NCBI GenBank assembly: GCA_963700635.1
Contig: CAVOYH010000003.1
Coordinates: 1,824,001 to 1,888,000, forward strand
Reading direction: 5' to 3'
Length of the DNA stretch: 64,000 nt
Source: an uncultured Bacteroidota bacterium
GTDB lineage: Bacteria > Bacteroidota > Ignavibacteria > UBA10030 > UBA6906
The position numbers and the translations under genes were made by a program. The first letter of the stretch is position 1, and each line of letters begins with the position of its first letter. The notes under the pieces are model-generated. The model made no database searches, was not told where the DNA came from, and was given only the letters and a program-made list of their open reading frames with translations. This document shows positions 31,247-42,190 of this stretch, piece by piece.

Positions 31247-32594
31247 GCAAAACGGACCGGCAGGGTGCACCGTGTGGGCAGAGAGAGCCCTCGTTGCCGA
31301 GGTGCGGGATCTCCGGCTCACAACCCTTGTGCTCCGGTCCGGAACGGGTTCTGTTCTTGACGAACACGTGCCGCTGCCGCTGTACTGGCAGCAATATGCA
31401 GACCACCAGCATCCGGAGCGCAATGCGTCATCGGGTGGGAGGCTGACGATCACGACCGCTGCGGGAGATGCTGTGTCAGTTGTGTGCGAAGGCGCTTCGG
31501 CGAGCGGTGCGCTCGCCAGCCGGTTTAGTGTGAGTCTCTCCCTCTCTCCTGACGGTGCCATTCGTGCAATGGTCAGCGCGGAATGTGGCGTCCGGAAAGG
31601 GTCAACATGGTCTGTCACGCCGAATCCTCAGCATGGTGAATTGGAGTTCTGCAACTTCTGGCCGGCAGAGTCCTTCGTGCTCCAGCCGGACGTCACCCGA
31701 TACTATCCCGAGCTCCATGTCCGGCAGAAAGAACGGATCACGCGTATTGCCCATCACCACCTTGAAACCAGCGACAAACGGAATATCGTCCTCGAGCCCG
31801 GAGACGCCCTGGGGTGGATTCGGAAAGGCCGTGCGATTGTGTTGGAGGTACACTCGGGCGCACATGTGCACGCAGGGGTCTGCGCCTACATGTGGGATGT
31901 CCATCTTGGCATCAAGGTCTGTCGTGAAGGGATGGCTACTCAGCTCCCTGGCGGCTTTCAGGAGGCCGTCTCGTTCGGCATCAGGGAGATGACCGGTGTG
32001 GAAGCCCGGCGCTGGCAGGAAGAGGCCGTTGCCATCAGCACACCGGATATTGACGTGACCCCTCTCGTCGTTGAAGGGACAAACAGATTTCGTGAAACAC
32101 TTGCACTGTATCCGGGGAAAGAGCACCTGCAGTGGCCGTGGACATTCGAACCATCGCCCGATCAGGGGGGTGCGGTTCGCGGATGTCTTGATACAACGGT
32201 GGGATATGACGACAGCCGGTCACTGCGGATCGCCGGTTCCCCGGAGGGTGAAGGGCGATGGATTGCGACCACTCTCGGCCCGGCTTTCGGCGGCCGCCCG
32301 TTCCGGCCCGGCGTGGCCTACCGGCTATCCGCTCAGGTCCGGACACGGGATCTGAGGGGTGGACTTTACCTGGCCATCCGGCTACACCGTACCGGTGCCG
32401 GCGATCTTTTTGATGCTGCACACTACGAGATGTTCGCTTCACCGAAATCCACTGAGAGGGATTCCGACTGGCACCCACTGCAGATCGAGACCCCGCCCAT
32501 CAGGCCGGAACCCGACCGCCTGCATCTGGTTCTGGTCCATCGCGGAAGCGGGACAAGCTGGTTTGACAATGTTCTTCTTGAAGAGATCGGTTGA
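31218..32594 (+). CDS. Hypothetical protein with C-terminal CBM4/9-like jelly-roll segment
   Basis: C-terminus SLRI...YRLSAQVRT...DW...GTSWFDNVLL resembles galactose-binding-like domains; N-terminal part unknown. Confidence 0.55.
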   Translation: MKVMTQLRVEQNGPAGCTVWAERALVAEVRDLRLTTLVLRSGTGSVLDEHVPLPLYWQQYADHQHPERNASSGGRLTITTAAGDAVSVVCEGASASGALASRFSVSLSLSPDGAIRAMVSAECGVRKGSTWSVTPNPQHGELEFCNFWPAESFVLQPDVTRYYPELHVRQKERITRIAHHHLETSDKRNIVLEPGDALGWIRKGRAIVLEVHSGAHVHAGVCAYMWDVHLGIKVCREGMATQLPGGFQEAVSFGIREMTGVEARRWQEEAVAISTPDIDVTPLVVEGTNRFRETLALYPGKEHLQWPWTFEPSPDQGGAVRGCLDTTVGYDDSRSLRIAGSPEGEGRWIATTLGPAFGGRPFRPGVAYRLSAQVRTRDLRGGLYLAIRLHRTGAGDLFDAAHYEMFASPKSTERDSDWHPLQIETPPIRPEPDRLHLVLVHRGSGTSWFDNVLLEEIG

Positions 32595-32598
32595 TGAT

Positions 32599-34671
32599 AT
32601 GACCACACGCGGAGAATCGCTTCCCGTCTCGATGATGGTCTGGAGCATCCACGATCCGGTCATCGAGCAGCCGGATCTTCTGGAGCGGCAATTCGCCGAT
32701 CTGGCGGGAGCCGGATTTGACGGTGTCGCTGTCTTTGTCCGCTGCAGCCGCTACACATGGGACCACCCATCTGCACGGAAGGCCCTTGCGCATATCAGCC
32801 GTCTGTGCCGCCGGTCCGGGAAGGACCTCTGGATAGGCCCCGATCCGCGGTTCATCTCGAGGACGCTGATCGGCGATGCCGGTGGAGCGGAGCTGTTGCT
32901 CTTTGGCGACAGTGCGCGCGCCGCCACGGTCCCGCACTTCGTTCCGGTGGTGAACGGGCGATATTCGGTTCGCTGTGCCCTGACACCGCGCCACGTCCAC
33001 ATGCTGCAGGAGGTGGCGATCGACTATCTTCCGCTCGCTGTCTTCCGGGCATATGCAGTGCGGCGCGAGGGGACGGTTGTGGCAAAGGAGTCGATTCGCG
33101 ATGTCACCGCATCATGTTCGCTCTTCTATAATGTGCGGGACCGCTATGTGGAGGCCTTTGGATCGTTCCGTCCGCCGGACGGCGGACCATGGGAGGTTGT
33201 GACCTTCTTCCATGTCAGGTCGTCCCACGTCGATTATTCCGACGCCCGGCAGATGCACGCATACCGTGCGCGGCTTGCGGAGCTCAAAACGGCAGGGGTC
33301 AACGCGAACGCCCTGATGTGGGACGAACCGGGGTATACCTGTACCTACGGAAGTCTTCCGTTCACTCCGGACATACGGCGGAGATGCGCGAAGCGGCTCG
33401 GCGAACGGTTCGAGCGGAACATCTGGAAGCTGGCATGTGATGCGGCGGACGGCTCGCATGTACCCTTCCGCATCGCCTATTACGAGACTGTGCAAAGCAC
33501 GGTGAATGAGGCGCAGCGGGCGACAAATGCAACCATGCGGCGTCTGTGGGGAGCCGGGGCTCTTGCATCGATCCATGACACGTGGCATTTTGAATCGGCC
33601 GATATGTGTGACATGAACCACGGGAGCATGGATCTGTGGAAAGGCGCATCGGTTAAGAGCGGCGGGTTTGTGGATCTCGGCGGCGTGAATGACCTGCGCG
33701 ATCCATCGTCCGGCCACTACGCTCACCTCGCCGCGATGAGTGTGATCGCGGCGTCACTCGGGCGGCATGCGAAACGTCCCTGTTCATTCAACAACCTCTG
33801 GACCGTCGGCGATGATGACGGCGAGGGGTGGCAGCGGTCGGTGATGGACCACTGCGTCAATGCGATGTGTCTGTTCGGCACGAGATGGCTGGCACATGCG
33901 TACGGTCCCGTCGGGACGATCGGGCAGGAGCGAACATTCCTCGGTTCTCCCCCTCTCCCGGGATATCCCGACCACAGCACGTGGCCATCGTTTCCGGCGT
34001 GGAATCGGCGATTGCACGCCCACTGGCAGCGAACAGGTGGCGCCATGCCGGCTGTCAATGTGCTCCTCGTGTATCCTGTCGAATCCCTCTATGCGCTGGC
34101 GGATACGCGCGCCGACCGGATCGCTGCTGCGATCTTCGCCTTCGTTCTCTCACTTGTGGATGCCCACTACCAGGTCGATGTGCTTTCACCGGCAATGACA
34201 CGCAACGGGAGATGGAAAGGGAACCAGTGTGTACTCGGTGCGAAGCGGTATGACGCGGTAATCCTCCCGTTCTCGACCGTCATAGACGAGGCCCTTCTCA
34301 GTCTCGTTCTGCAGCGCCCGGCATGCGTGGCCTGGGTTGGAACGGTGCCCGCGCGAACCAGCAGAAATCGCCCTATCCGGACGTCGCGTTTCTCTGAACC
34401 GGTCGAACCGGATCGGATGCTCGAGTGGCTCGCTGCGCACAACGTTCCCCGGCCGGTCCGGGGACCCGAAGGAGCATGGGTGAGCGCAGTTCCCCTTTCC
34501 GACCGAACCCTCGTCGGCATCATGCCGTCGCGACATGGAGGCGCGGCTGAGGGGGAAGTCCGGTACCATGATGTGCTCTGTCAACTGCCGAGAGTCTCCG
34601 GCCTGGTCACCGTCTCATTTCCCGTCGATGGTGCGCCGGTCGTGTTGTCGCGCGAAGGAGCGTCCGTGTGA
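32599..34671 (+). CDS. Hypothetical protein, possible glycoside hydrolase-like (TIM barrel plus GATase-like domain)
   Basis: AGFDGV, WDEPG, VLLVYP, YDAVILP; weak resemblance to GH106/GH42-type architecture. Confidence 0.45.
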   Translation: MTTRGESLPVSMMVWSIHDPVIEQPDLLERQFADLAGAGFDGVAVFVRCSRYTWDHPSARKALAHISRLCRRSGKDLWIGPDPRFISRTLIGDAGGAELLLFGDSARAATVPHFVPVVNGRYSVRCALTPRHVHMLQEVAIDYLPLAVFRAYAVRREGTVVAKESIRDVTASCSLFYNVRDRYVEAFGSFRPPDGGPWEVVTFFHVRSSHVDYSDARQMHAYRARLAELKTAGVNANALMWDEPGYTCTYGSLPFTPDIRRRCAKRLGERFERNIWKLACDAADGSHVPFRIAYYETVQSTVNEAQRATNATMRRLWGAGALASIHDTWHFESADMCDMNHGSMDLWKGASVKSGGFVDLGGVNDLRDPSSGHYAHLAAMSVIAASLGRHAKRPCSFNNLWTVGDDDGEGWQRSVMDHCVNAMCLFGTRWLAHAYGPVGTIGQERTFLGSPPLPGYPDHSTWPSFPAWNRRLHAHWQRTGGAMPAVNVLLVYPVESLYALADTRADRIAAAIFAFVLSLVDAHYQVDVLSPAMTRNGRWKGNQCVLGAKRYDAVILPFSTVIDEALLSLVLQRPACVAWVGTVPARTSRNRPIRTSRFSEPVEPDRMLEWLAAHNVPRPVRGPEGAWVSAVPLSDRTLVGIMPSRHGGAAEGEVRYHDVLCQLPRVSGLVTVSFPVDGAPVVLSREGASV

Positions 34672-37022
34672 TCCCGTCTCCGGAACATCTTGGCAGTGTG
34701 ACGTTTCAGGTCATCGATGCTCATCGGGGAGAGTATCGCTGCGTGCTGCCTGCGTCCGCTTCGGTCATGAGGAGAGCACTCGTTCTCTTCGAGGGCACGT
34801 CATACCCGTTTGAACGCCACTACCGCCATGTACGCCATGCAAACCCCGAACTCCCCTATACATTTTCGAACATGCGGTTCACCGAAGATCCTCCCGGTCT
34901 TCGTGTGGGACCATGGCCGGGGTGGCGCGGGATCCCGTCCTTTCCGGAAATCAGGTTGCATGCGTCCGCCGGTCAGATTCCGGTGACGTTCCAGGCCTGG
35001 GGCGATGAAATCGAGACCCGGACGGTGAGGGGTGTTGCCTGGATACCGCCGGACTGGACAGGAGAAGTGCGGTGTACGGTGGAAGACCCGAGGTTGGTCC
35101 CTGTTGCTGCCGACGTGTACGCCGACGAACCCCTTCGGGCCGGAGAGAGGCCCGTACAGTTACACCAGCGCCTGTGGCACGCTCATCCCCGCCTTCTTGT
35201 GACCGCCGAAGACATCGCGCGACTTCGTACGCTCATCCATGGAAGTCATGCGGAGCACTGGTCGCGCATCCAGACTCTCCTGCATGCGCCACCGCTCGCT
35301 CCTGCCGTGACAGCAGAATCGAAAACCATGCCTGGTTCCGAACGGCTCCGTTTGGAAGACCGTGCCCTCCTTACGGCATTTGTCGCGCTGCTCGAGCCGG
35401 ACGACATGTCCAGAACGAACGCCAGGGACGCCTTCAGACATTTTTTGAACGAGACGCAGCGCAAAGACTATGGTCCCCTGACAATCGACACACAGGCGGG
35501 GGAGACTCTGTTCCTGCTTTGCACCTGTTACGACTGGCTCCACGGTGTGTGGGATCAAGCGGAGCGTGAAGCGATTGTCGACGGGCTTGTGAAGGTTGCG
35601 GGAATCGTCCGGGGGCATCTCGGATCCGACCGCACGGACTATGCGCAGGCCCACTATCTGGGGTGTGCTCTCGGACTTCTGGCATTCGCCCTTCTGTTCT
35701 ACGAAGAACGGACAGAAGCGCCCGTCTGGGCGGCTGAATGCCGGGGAGCGCTGGGCGTAGCGTTGAATATGCTGCCGGATGACGGTTTCTTTCCCCACGG
35801 GATCAATTTATGGATCTACGAATACGGATTTTTGCTCCGCTGGATCGAACTCCTTCGCGTCGCCACAGGAGAAGATCTGTGGCAGGTGCCGCACTGGAGC
35901 AATGCCTCCGCGTTTCGGGCAGCATCGACCACGCCCGATGGCCTCTATGGAATGACCTTCGGCGACCCGCAGTATCGTGTCGGTGGCGACAGCTGGTGCC
36001 ATTATCTCATCGCCTCACGGACAGGCTCCGGAGAGGCGCAATGGCTCGGTGACCTGCTGCTGCACGGTTCACACGAAGGCGTTGACTTCAGGAGCATTCC
36101 TCCCCGGCGACGTGTATACGAACTGCTGTACTACGATCCATCGGTGGTAGGAAAGCAGCCCGGTCCCGGGATCCGACTGTTCGAGGATGGAGGGCAGGCA
36201 TTCTGCCGCGGGACTGGCGCGTCTCCGTGGAGTGTCACGTTCCGGGCTGGGCCGCCGATCGGCGTTCAACGATATCGAGCCGGCGAACGCGGAGCGTACG
36301 GACACGGCGATCCGATGAACGGATCCTTCCTCGTCTCCCGGGAGGGTGGCTTGGTGATCAGCGGTCCGGGTCCCACCTACCGTCGGACAACATCACTGCA
36401 CAACACGATCACGGTAAACGGGAAAGGGCAGATCGGAGACTCCACCGTCTGGCTCCCCGACTTCATTCCCCCGCATATGCTCTGTCCTCTTCCTGAATCC
36501 CGGATCGTCAACGGCTGCCTGTCTCTCTCCGTGGACCTTGCGCCGGCATACCTCCCGTATCTGGGTGTTCTCCGGTGTCGCCGTACCCTGTACATCGATC
36601 CAGACAACCTGATTCTGGGCGTGGATGACGTCGCGTGTAATTCCGTATCGACCATCGCCTGGAGTATTCACTCGTGGGGAGGCATTGAACAACTCTCCGG
36701 ATCACGTCCAACAGGCTTCCGGATCGCCGGCGGCTCGTCAGGGGTCTGGTTTTTCTCCCCGGAGTTACTATCATGGAAGACCGGGTGGACGGAACTGGTT
36801 CCGGCCTATCCCAATGATGGCAGGCGCGACCTGTTTCTCCGGGGGGAAGTTAAAGGACGCGAGGCCCGGTTCGTATGGGCACTGGTCCTCGGGCGTGAGG
36901 GAAGCCCCCCCCGGTGGAAGGAAGACAACAAGAGACCGGCGTTTGTCCTTGCAGACGGAACCGTTCTCCGCTACAGGAACACCCACTTTTCCCCCGAGCT
37001 GGATTATGATCAGGCACCTTGA
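34668..37022 (+). CDS. Heparinase II/III-like protein (DUF4962-like), cytoplasmic
   Basis: HPRLLV, CYDWL, DGFFPHG, FGD, GHGDPMNGSF, HNTITVNGKGQ. Confidence 0.7.
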   Translation: MIPSPEHLGSVTFQVIDAHRGEYRCVLPASASVMRRALVLFEGTSYPFERHYRHVRHANPELPYTFSNMRFTEDPPGLRVGPWPGWRGIPSFPEIRLHASAGQIPVTFQAWGDEIETRTVRGVAWIPPDWTGEVRCTVEDPRLVPVAADVYADEPLRAGERPVQLHQRLWHAHPRLLVTAEDIARLRTLIHGSHAEHWSRIQTLLHAPPLAPAVTAESKTMPGSERLRLEDRALLTAFVALLEPDDMSRTNARDAFRHFLNETQRKDYGPLTIDTQAGETLFLLCTCYDWLHGVWDQAEREAIVDGLVKVAGIVRGHLGSDRTDYAQAHYLGCALGLLAFALLFYEERTEAPVWAAECRGALGVALNMLPDDGFFPHGINLWIYEYGFLLRWIELLRVATGEDLWQVPHWSNASAFRAASTTPDGLYGMTFGDPQYRVGGDSWCHYLIASRTGSGEAQWLGDLLLHGSHEGVDFRSIPPRRRVYELLYYDPSVVGKQPGPGIRLFEDGGQAFCRGTGASPWSVTFRAGPPIGVQRYRAGERGAYGHGDPMNGSFLVSREGGLVISGPGPTYRRTTSLHNTITVNGKGQIGDSTVWLPDFIPPHMLCPLPESRIVNGCLSLSVDLAPAYLPYLGVLRCRRTLYIDPDNLILGVDDVACNSVSTIAWSIHSWGGIEQLSGSRPTGFRIAGGSSGVWFFSPELLSWKTGWTELVPAYPNDGRRDLFLRGEVKGREARFVWALVLGREGSPPRWKEDNKRPAFVLADGTVLRYRNTHFSPELDYDQAP

Positions 37023-39447
37023 TCGACTTGCTGATCGCGCATGCTGGATCGCGGGCGACCGTGTCAACGCGCTCATTGCAGTTGAGGCCAACGGGATCGC
37101 CGAACTCGGGTTCCACGGTCTTCAACCTGTGAGCCGGAACTCGAGGATGTTTGTCCGGCCGTCAGGCACTCTCTCCATTTCGGTGCGGGGCAGGGACGGG
37201 GGGGAGTATCCGCTGACGCCCTCGTCGATTGACTGGCAGCCGTACGGTATTCACAGCTGGAGTGAGGTGCGCGGGCAAACCGTGCATGTGACGATCGTGG
37301 CAGGGAAACGCTTCTTGCGTGTTGCAGCCCATCGGTCGGGGGGAGACCAGCTGATCCTTGTGTTGCGGTTCTCCCTGAGCTCTTGCTTTCGAGCGGTCCG
37401 GGGTGATCGTGTTTGGAGTCAGCCGGAAGTTCGTGGTGGCTGGCTCCACCTGCATTGTCGTGACCGCATCATGCTCAAGGAATGGATACGACAGACCGGG
37501 CCGTATGCGGGGGACTTCCTCATTCCCGAGCCCTGGCGCCGGCTGCTGTTTGCCCGGAGCGTGCGGTCAGGGCTGGCATCTCATCAAGACCTTCGTCCGG
37601 AATTCAGGGACCTCGATGTTCCGCTCTATGACGCTGACACATGGATCCGTATGGGAGGGGAGGGGGTGGTCGTGGAGAGCAACCTGGAGGAGTTTATCTT
37701 TTTCGCACCACTCGCTGCTCCGGTACGGGGAGTGGGGGATTTCTTCATCGAATTCAGCGAATGTTCTGGTGCCTTTGAAGATCCGGGGGTTCTTTCGCTC
37801 CAGACCGCGGAGACCCAGAACCACTACGAACGCCTGGAATCACGATATGTCAGGTTCCGCCTTCCAGGATATCCATCGCTCCAGCAAGTGCTGACCTCGG
37901 TTCCGGGGATCGTTCGCTCTGCCACCGTCCAGGATTTCGGGATGACACGGGCCTCCCCGGGGGCATATTACTGGATCTGGGCATGGGACAATCTTGTGGT
38001 CGGGCAGGAGGCGGTTCGCTGGGGAGAGACGGAGACCGCATCGGACATTGCCCGGTTCATTACGACACACCGCGATGCAGGCGATGCGATTCCGGCCCGA
38101 TGGACCCGATCGGGTCTCCCTCTCGATACTCCCCCGCAGGGCGCGCTGGAATTTCTTCTCCTACATCTGGCCACCGTGGTGGCGGCGGAGTCAGGGATTA
38201 CGCAGGGAATGCTCGACATCTATCCTGTTGCGGCCCGCTTTCTCAGGCGATGCAGTCAGGACAATCCGGATGACGGGATGCCGCAAAACATCAGCTTTTA
38301 TCCTGACAACCCGGCCGCGTTTGGCCGGACAGAACAGAGCGTGGTTGCGCTCGAGGCCGGCGCACTCTACAGCTTCTGCCGGCTCATGGAAAATGCCGCG
38401 TGCCTGCTGCATGACGACACCACGGCGAATGTCGCCCGCACGCTTGCCGGGCGGATCGCCGGACATTTCCTTCCCCGGTTCTGGGACGATACCAGGGGTT
38501 TCCTCCGTGATGCATTTGACCGGCAGACGGGGGAATCAGTTGCAACCTTTCCTCTCTTCACGCTGCTCTTCCTTCAAACCCCTCTCGGCCTTGCCCTCAT
38601 CCGACCACATCTTGCCCGACTCGCCGCATTCATGCGGACGCACCTTCAGTCGGTCCGGGGAATTCGGATGCTTCCGGTCTGGGACATCCATCGGACTGCT
38701 GAGGTCGCTCTGTCTTCGTGGTATCCACACTGGGACATCTATCTTCTTAAACTCTACCGCCGGGCGGGCGAGCGAACCGGCATCATGGAATGGCTCAGGT
38801 CGGCCGACGACACGGTGGTGCACCTTGGCTATGTGCCTGAATATCTGGTCATCGATGATACGGCGGAAGAAACGAACCCTGGTCGATGGTTGCACCACGG
38901 TGCGGCGTCAAATCTGAACTGCGCAACCGGTTGGTTTCGCGCAGCGCTTGAGGGAGTCTACGGGCTGGAATTCGACCCGGGCGGAATGACGGTGCTTCCC
39001 CTGGACCTGCCATTGGATCAGCTCGAGGTTCGCCGACTGCGGCACCGGAGCTCGTCCTGGCATGTGAAGATCCAACATCGTGGACCGGCATTGCAGGAGC
39101 TGCGTATCGATGGCACCCTTCAGAGGGGGTGCACAAAAATCCCTGTCACCACGCATGACGGCACGACGCACCTCCTTGAGGTACTCTACGGGAGCGGATA
39201 CACAGGTCCGTCCTTCTCTGAACTCATCAACGGGGAAGTTCTGGAATCCCACGGCGACGAGAGACACGCACGGGTCCTGGTCAGGGCCCTGGGCATGATG
39301 GACATCGCCGTCGCCTCCGGACCTGCCGTTGACTTTGCTGTCGATGGGAAACGGATTCCTTTGGCGACAGACTTCTCCAGCGGCGGCGGTTACGTCCAGG
39401 TCCCCCTTTTCGGGGTCCATGAATTGACACTTTCACTCACATCCTAG
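37006..39447 (+). CDS. (alpha/alpha)6 glycoside hydrolase-like protein (amylo-alpha-1,6-glucosidase/GH63-like)
   Basis: YYWIWAWDN, RFWDDTRGF, YVPEY, C-terminal EGVYGL; ATG 37006 overlaps upstream gene end. Confidence 0.55.
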   Translation: MIRHLDRLADRACWIAGDRVNALIAVEANGIAELGFHGLQPVSRNSRMFVRPSGTLSISVRGRDGGEYPLTPSSIDWQPYGIHSWSEVRGQTVHVTIVAGKRFLRVAAHRSGGDQLILVLRFSLSSCFRAVRGDRVWSQPEVRGGWLHLHCRDRIMLKEWIRQTGPYAGDFLIPEPWRRLLFARSVRSGLASHQDLRPEFRDLDVPLYDADTWIRMGGEGVVVESNLEEFIFFAPLAAPVRGVGDFFIEFSECSGAFEDPGVLSLQTAETQNHYERLESRYVRFRLPGYPSLQQVLTSVPGIVRSATVQDFGMTRASPGAYYWIWAWDNLVVGQEAVRWGETETASDIARFITTHRDAGDAIPARWTRSGLPLDTPPQGALEFLLLHLATVVAAESGITQGMLDIYPVAARFLRRCSQDNPDDGMPQNISFYPDNPAAFGRTEQSVVALEAGALYSFCRLMENAACLLHDDTTANVARTLAGRIAGHFLPRFWDDTRGFLRDAFDRQTGESVATFPLFTLLFLQTPLGLALIRPHLARLAAFMRTHLQSVRGIRMLPVWDIHRTAEVALSSWYPHWDIYLLKLYRRAGERTGIMEWLRSADDTVVHLGYVPEYLVIDDTAEETNPGRWLHHGAASNLNCATGWFRAALEGVYGLEFDPGGMTVLPLDLPLDQLEVRRLRHRSSSWHVKIQHRGPALQELRIDGTLQRGCTKIPVTTHDGTTHLLEVLYGSGYTGPSFSELINGEVLESHGDERHARVLVRALGMMDIAVASGPAVDFAVDGKRIPLATDFSSGGGYVQVPLFGVHELTLSLTS

Positions 39448-39467
39448 CAGATACGCACGGAAACTCT

Positions 39468-41273
39468 ATGCTCGAACCGATCAAGCAGGTGAACATACTC
39501 GATATCGCTGTCATCGTATCCTATCTCCTCATGCTGACCGGCGTCGGCATTTATCTGACGCGGTTCAACAAAACCGTTGACGATTTTTTCAAGGGGGGAG
39601 GGAAGATACCGTGGTGGATCTCGGGCTTGTCGACGTTTGTGGCCGGTTTTTCTGCATTCATGTTCGTTGCGGCTGCAGGATACACCTATAAGAACGGTCT
39701 CGGAGCCATGGTTCTGTTTACATCGGCCGTGTGGGGCTATGGTCTGGGGTTCCTGGTGTATGCTCGCCTGTGGCGCCGCTCACGCCTCTCGTCGCCCATG
39801 GAACTTCTTACACGCCGTTTTTCCCAGGGGACGACATACTATTACACGCTCCTGTCCATTGTCCCGGCAGTTATGGGGTTGGGGTTGAGTATCTACATCC
39901 TGTGTATTTTTGTGGCAACGGCACTCGGCATCATGTCGGTGACAGTGAACGTCGGTTTCATGCAGCTTTCGGGGCTGGAAATCTCGATGATTGTTACCGG
40001 GGTAGTCATGCTCATCTATACGAGTGCCGGGGGTCTCTGGGCGGTGGTCATCACCGATTCTCTCCAGTTCTTCATCATTCTGATCGTGTCCCTCCTGATC
40101 TTCCCGCTCACGTTTTTTGCGCTTGGGAACTCTTCAAACATCCTCGTTGGTTTTGAACGGCTGTTTGCGGAAGCCCCGGGCGGGTATCTTACACTGGTGG
40201 ATGTGTTTACCCGTCCCTGGTTCTACCTCGCCTATCTGATAAGCTCACTCATCGGGTACAATGCCGCGTGGCACATCGGCCAGCGGTACTACAGTGTGCC
40301 GACGGAGATCGACGCACGAAAGATGGCCCTGCTCTGCGCTGGACTGAGTATGGTGCTTCCCGTGTTGTGGATCGCTCCGACGATGGCGGCCCGGATAATG
40401 GTTCCCGATATCGCCGCGCTCTGGCCGCAGCTTGCAGAACCCGCGGAAGCATCATATGTCACGCTCGCACTGACGCTGCTTCCGAACGGCCTCATCGGCC
40501 TGACCCTCTCCGCGATCCTTGCAGCGACCATGACGTCCATCGACACGCAGCTCAACTATCTGGCATCAATTCTTGTCCGTGACGTCTTTGCGAAGATGCG
40601 ATCGACGCTTACGCTCAAGGACGCCAGTGAGCGGGGTCTGCTTAATGCAGGGCGGATCACCGCATTCACGCTCGGCATCCTGGCGATTATCACTGCAATC
40701 ATTGTCCAGCGCTCCAAGGGTGTGTTTGATTTTGCGCTGATGTACTATTCATGGTTTGCACCATCCATGCTGACGCCTGTTATGCTGGGGTTCCTCTATC
40801 GCCGTACTCCTTCCTGGTCGGCTATTGCAGCCGCGTCGGCAGGGTTGTTCGTCGTGTTGATAACCAACGTGTTTATTGATGTACGACCGTATCAATATGA
40901 GGTGAACATTTTCGGTGGGGTCGGGGTGACCGCGCTGGTGTTCTTCCTCTCTGCATTCTTTACCGAACGGGACGTCAGGGCCGGGCAGCAGAGAAACGAA
41001 CTCTTCGCCGATCTCGTCAAGCCGGCAACGGATGATCGACTTCGGTGGTCGGCAAATGCCCTGTCATCGTATCGAATCGTCGGGCTTCTGACCGCATCGA
41101 TCGGCGTCACCGTGCTCGGACTCGGACTTGTCCCGACAACGCCCGTTGTCCGGACCCTGACGCTCTTGCTTGGCTCGGGGACGGCGCTTCTCGGGTGGTC
41201 GATGATGTGGTATTTCCGCCGCCAGTCGCGTCAACAGGCGGCTTCCGGAAAACAGGAGGAGCCTCATTCATGA
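39468..41273 (+). CDS. Sodium:solute symporter (SSS family)
   Basis: DFFKGGGKIPWW, YTSAGGLWAVVITDSLQ, QRYYS, AATMTSID; many TM helices. Confidence 0.92.
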   Translation: MLEPIKQVNILDIAVIVSYLLMLTGVGIYLTRFNKTVDDFFKGGGKIPWWISGLSTFVAGFSAFMFVAAAGYTYKNGLGAMVLFTSAVWGYGLGFLVYARLWRRSRLSSPMELLTRRFSQGTTYYYTLLSIVPAVMGLGLSIYILCIFVATALGIMSVTVNVGFMQLSGLEISMIVTGVVMLIYTSAGGLWAVVITDSLQFFIILIVSLLIFPLTFFALGNSSNILVGFERLFAEAPGGYLTLVDVFTRPWFYLAYLISSLIGYNAAWHIGQRYYSVPTEIDARKMALLCAGLSMVLPVLWIAPTMAARIMVPDIAALWPQLAEPAEASYVTLALTLLPNGLIGLTLSAILAATMTSIDTQLNYLASILVRDVFAKMRSTLTLKDASERGLLNAGRITAFTLGILAIITAIIVQRSKGVFDFALMYYSWFAPSMLTPVMLGFLYRRTPSWSAIAAASAGLFVVLITNVFIDVRPYQYEVNIFGGVGVTALVFFLSAFFTERDVRAGQQRNELFADLVKPATDDRLRWSANALSSYRIVGLLTASIGVTVLGLGLVPTTPVVRTLTLLLGSGTALLGWSMMWYFRRQSRQQAASGKQEEPHS

Positions 41274-42190
41274 AACGCCCCATACGCGTCAGCAGCGTCC
41301 AGCTGCCGACGGTGGTTCCCGGAAAGAGTTTCGCGGAGAGACAACGGAACAATCTCCGCGGTATTCTGGACTCCCTCCGGACGGCGGGGGAGCGATCCAG
41401 CGACCTCGTGCTGCTCGGTGAATATGCCAATCTACACCACCGGACCTGGTCGACCAACCGGAAGGAATATGTGCCGGACCCGATTCCGGGAAAAACGACA
41501 TCCGCCATTGCTGCATCCGCACGCAGGTACCGAATGAATGTGGCCTTTCCCATGTTTGGCGTCTGGCAGGGTGTGCTCTCAAGCTACGTCGTACTCTTCG
41601 ATCGGCGCGGCACGATTATCGGCTGCTACCAGAAATCACATCCCACGGAGCACGAACAGGAACTGGGAATCCGCCCGGGTGAGGATATTCCGGTCTATCA
41701 GCTTGATTGTGCGCGTGTCGGGATCATGACCTGTATGGATATTGAATATCCCGAGGTCGCCCAGGTGCTCATGCTCCGGGGTGCGGAGCTTCTCCTGTTT
41801 CCCCATGTCCAGGCAAGCTGGGGGGAAGTGGACTGGGAGATCCGCTATCGGGCGCGGGCGGTCGATACCGGTCTGCCCGTGGTCTCCGCCTGCTATGGAT
41901 ACGCAGAAGGAGAGTGGATGCCCGGCAAGATGATCGGACGAAGCAGCGTTGTGGGGCGCGACGGACTCATTCTCGCGGATCTTGGACGCCACGTCGGGGT
42001 GCTGACACACGAGATTGATCTCGGGAAGGGACGGCGGACGCTCTTCTTCTTCAATACCGTCTACGACCGGACCAATGCTGTGATTGCGTCTCGACGGCCC
42101 GAGTTGTACCATGTACTTGTTGATCCGGCCCCGAAAGAGCTGGTACGGCGCCGGCTGCGTTCCCGTCCGAAAGGAGTGCGTCATGGCTGA
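41270..42190 (+). CDS. Carbon-nitrogen hydrolase (nitrilase superfamily)
   Basis: E-K-C triad: LLGEY, YQKSH, MTCMDIEYPE; GRSSVVG, SRRPELY. Confidence 0.9.
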   Translation: MKRPIRVSSVQLPTVVPGKSFAERQRNNLRGILDSLRTAGERSSDLVLLGEYANLHHRTWSTNRKEYVPDPIPGKTTSAIAASARRYRMNVAFPMFGVWQGVLSSYVVLFDRRGTIIGCYQKSHPTEHEQELGIRPGEDIPVYQLDCARVGIMTCMDIEYPEVAQVLMLRGAELLLFPHVQASWGEVDWEIRYRARAVDTGLPVVSACYGYAEGEWMPGKMIGRSSVVGRDGLILADLGRHVGVLTHEIDLGKGRRTLFFFNTVYDRTNAVIASRRPELYHVLVDPAPKELVRRRLRSRPKGVRHG

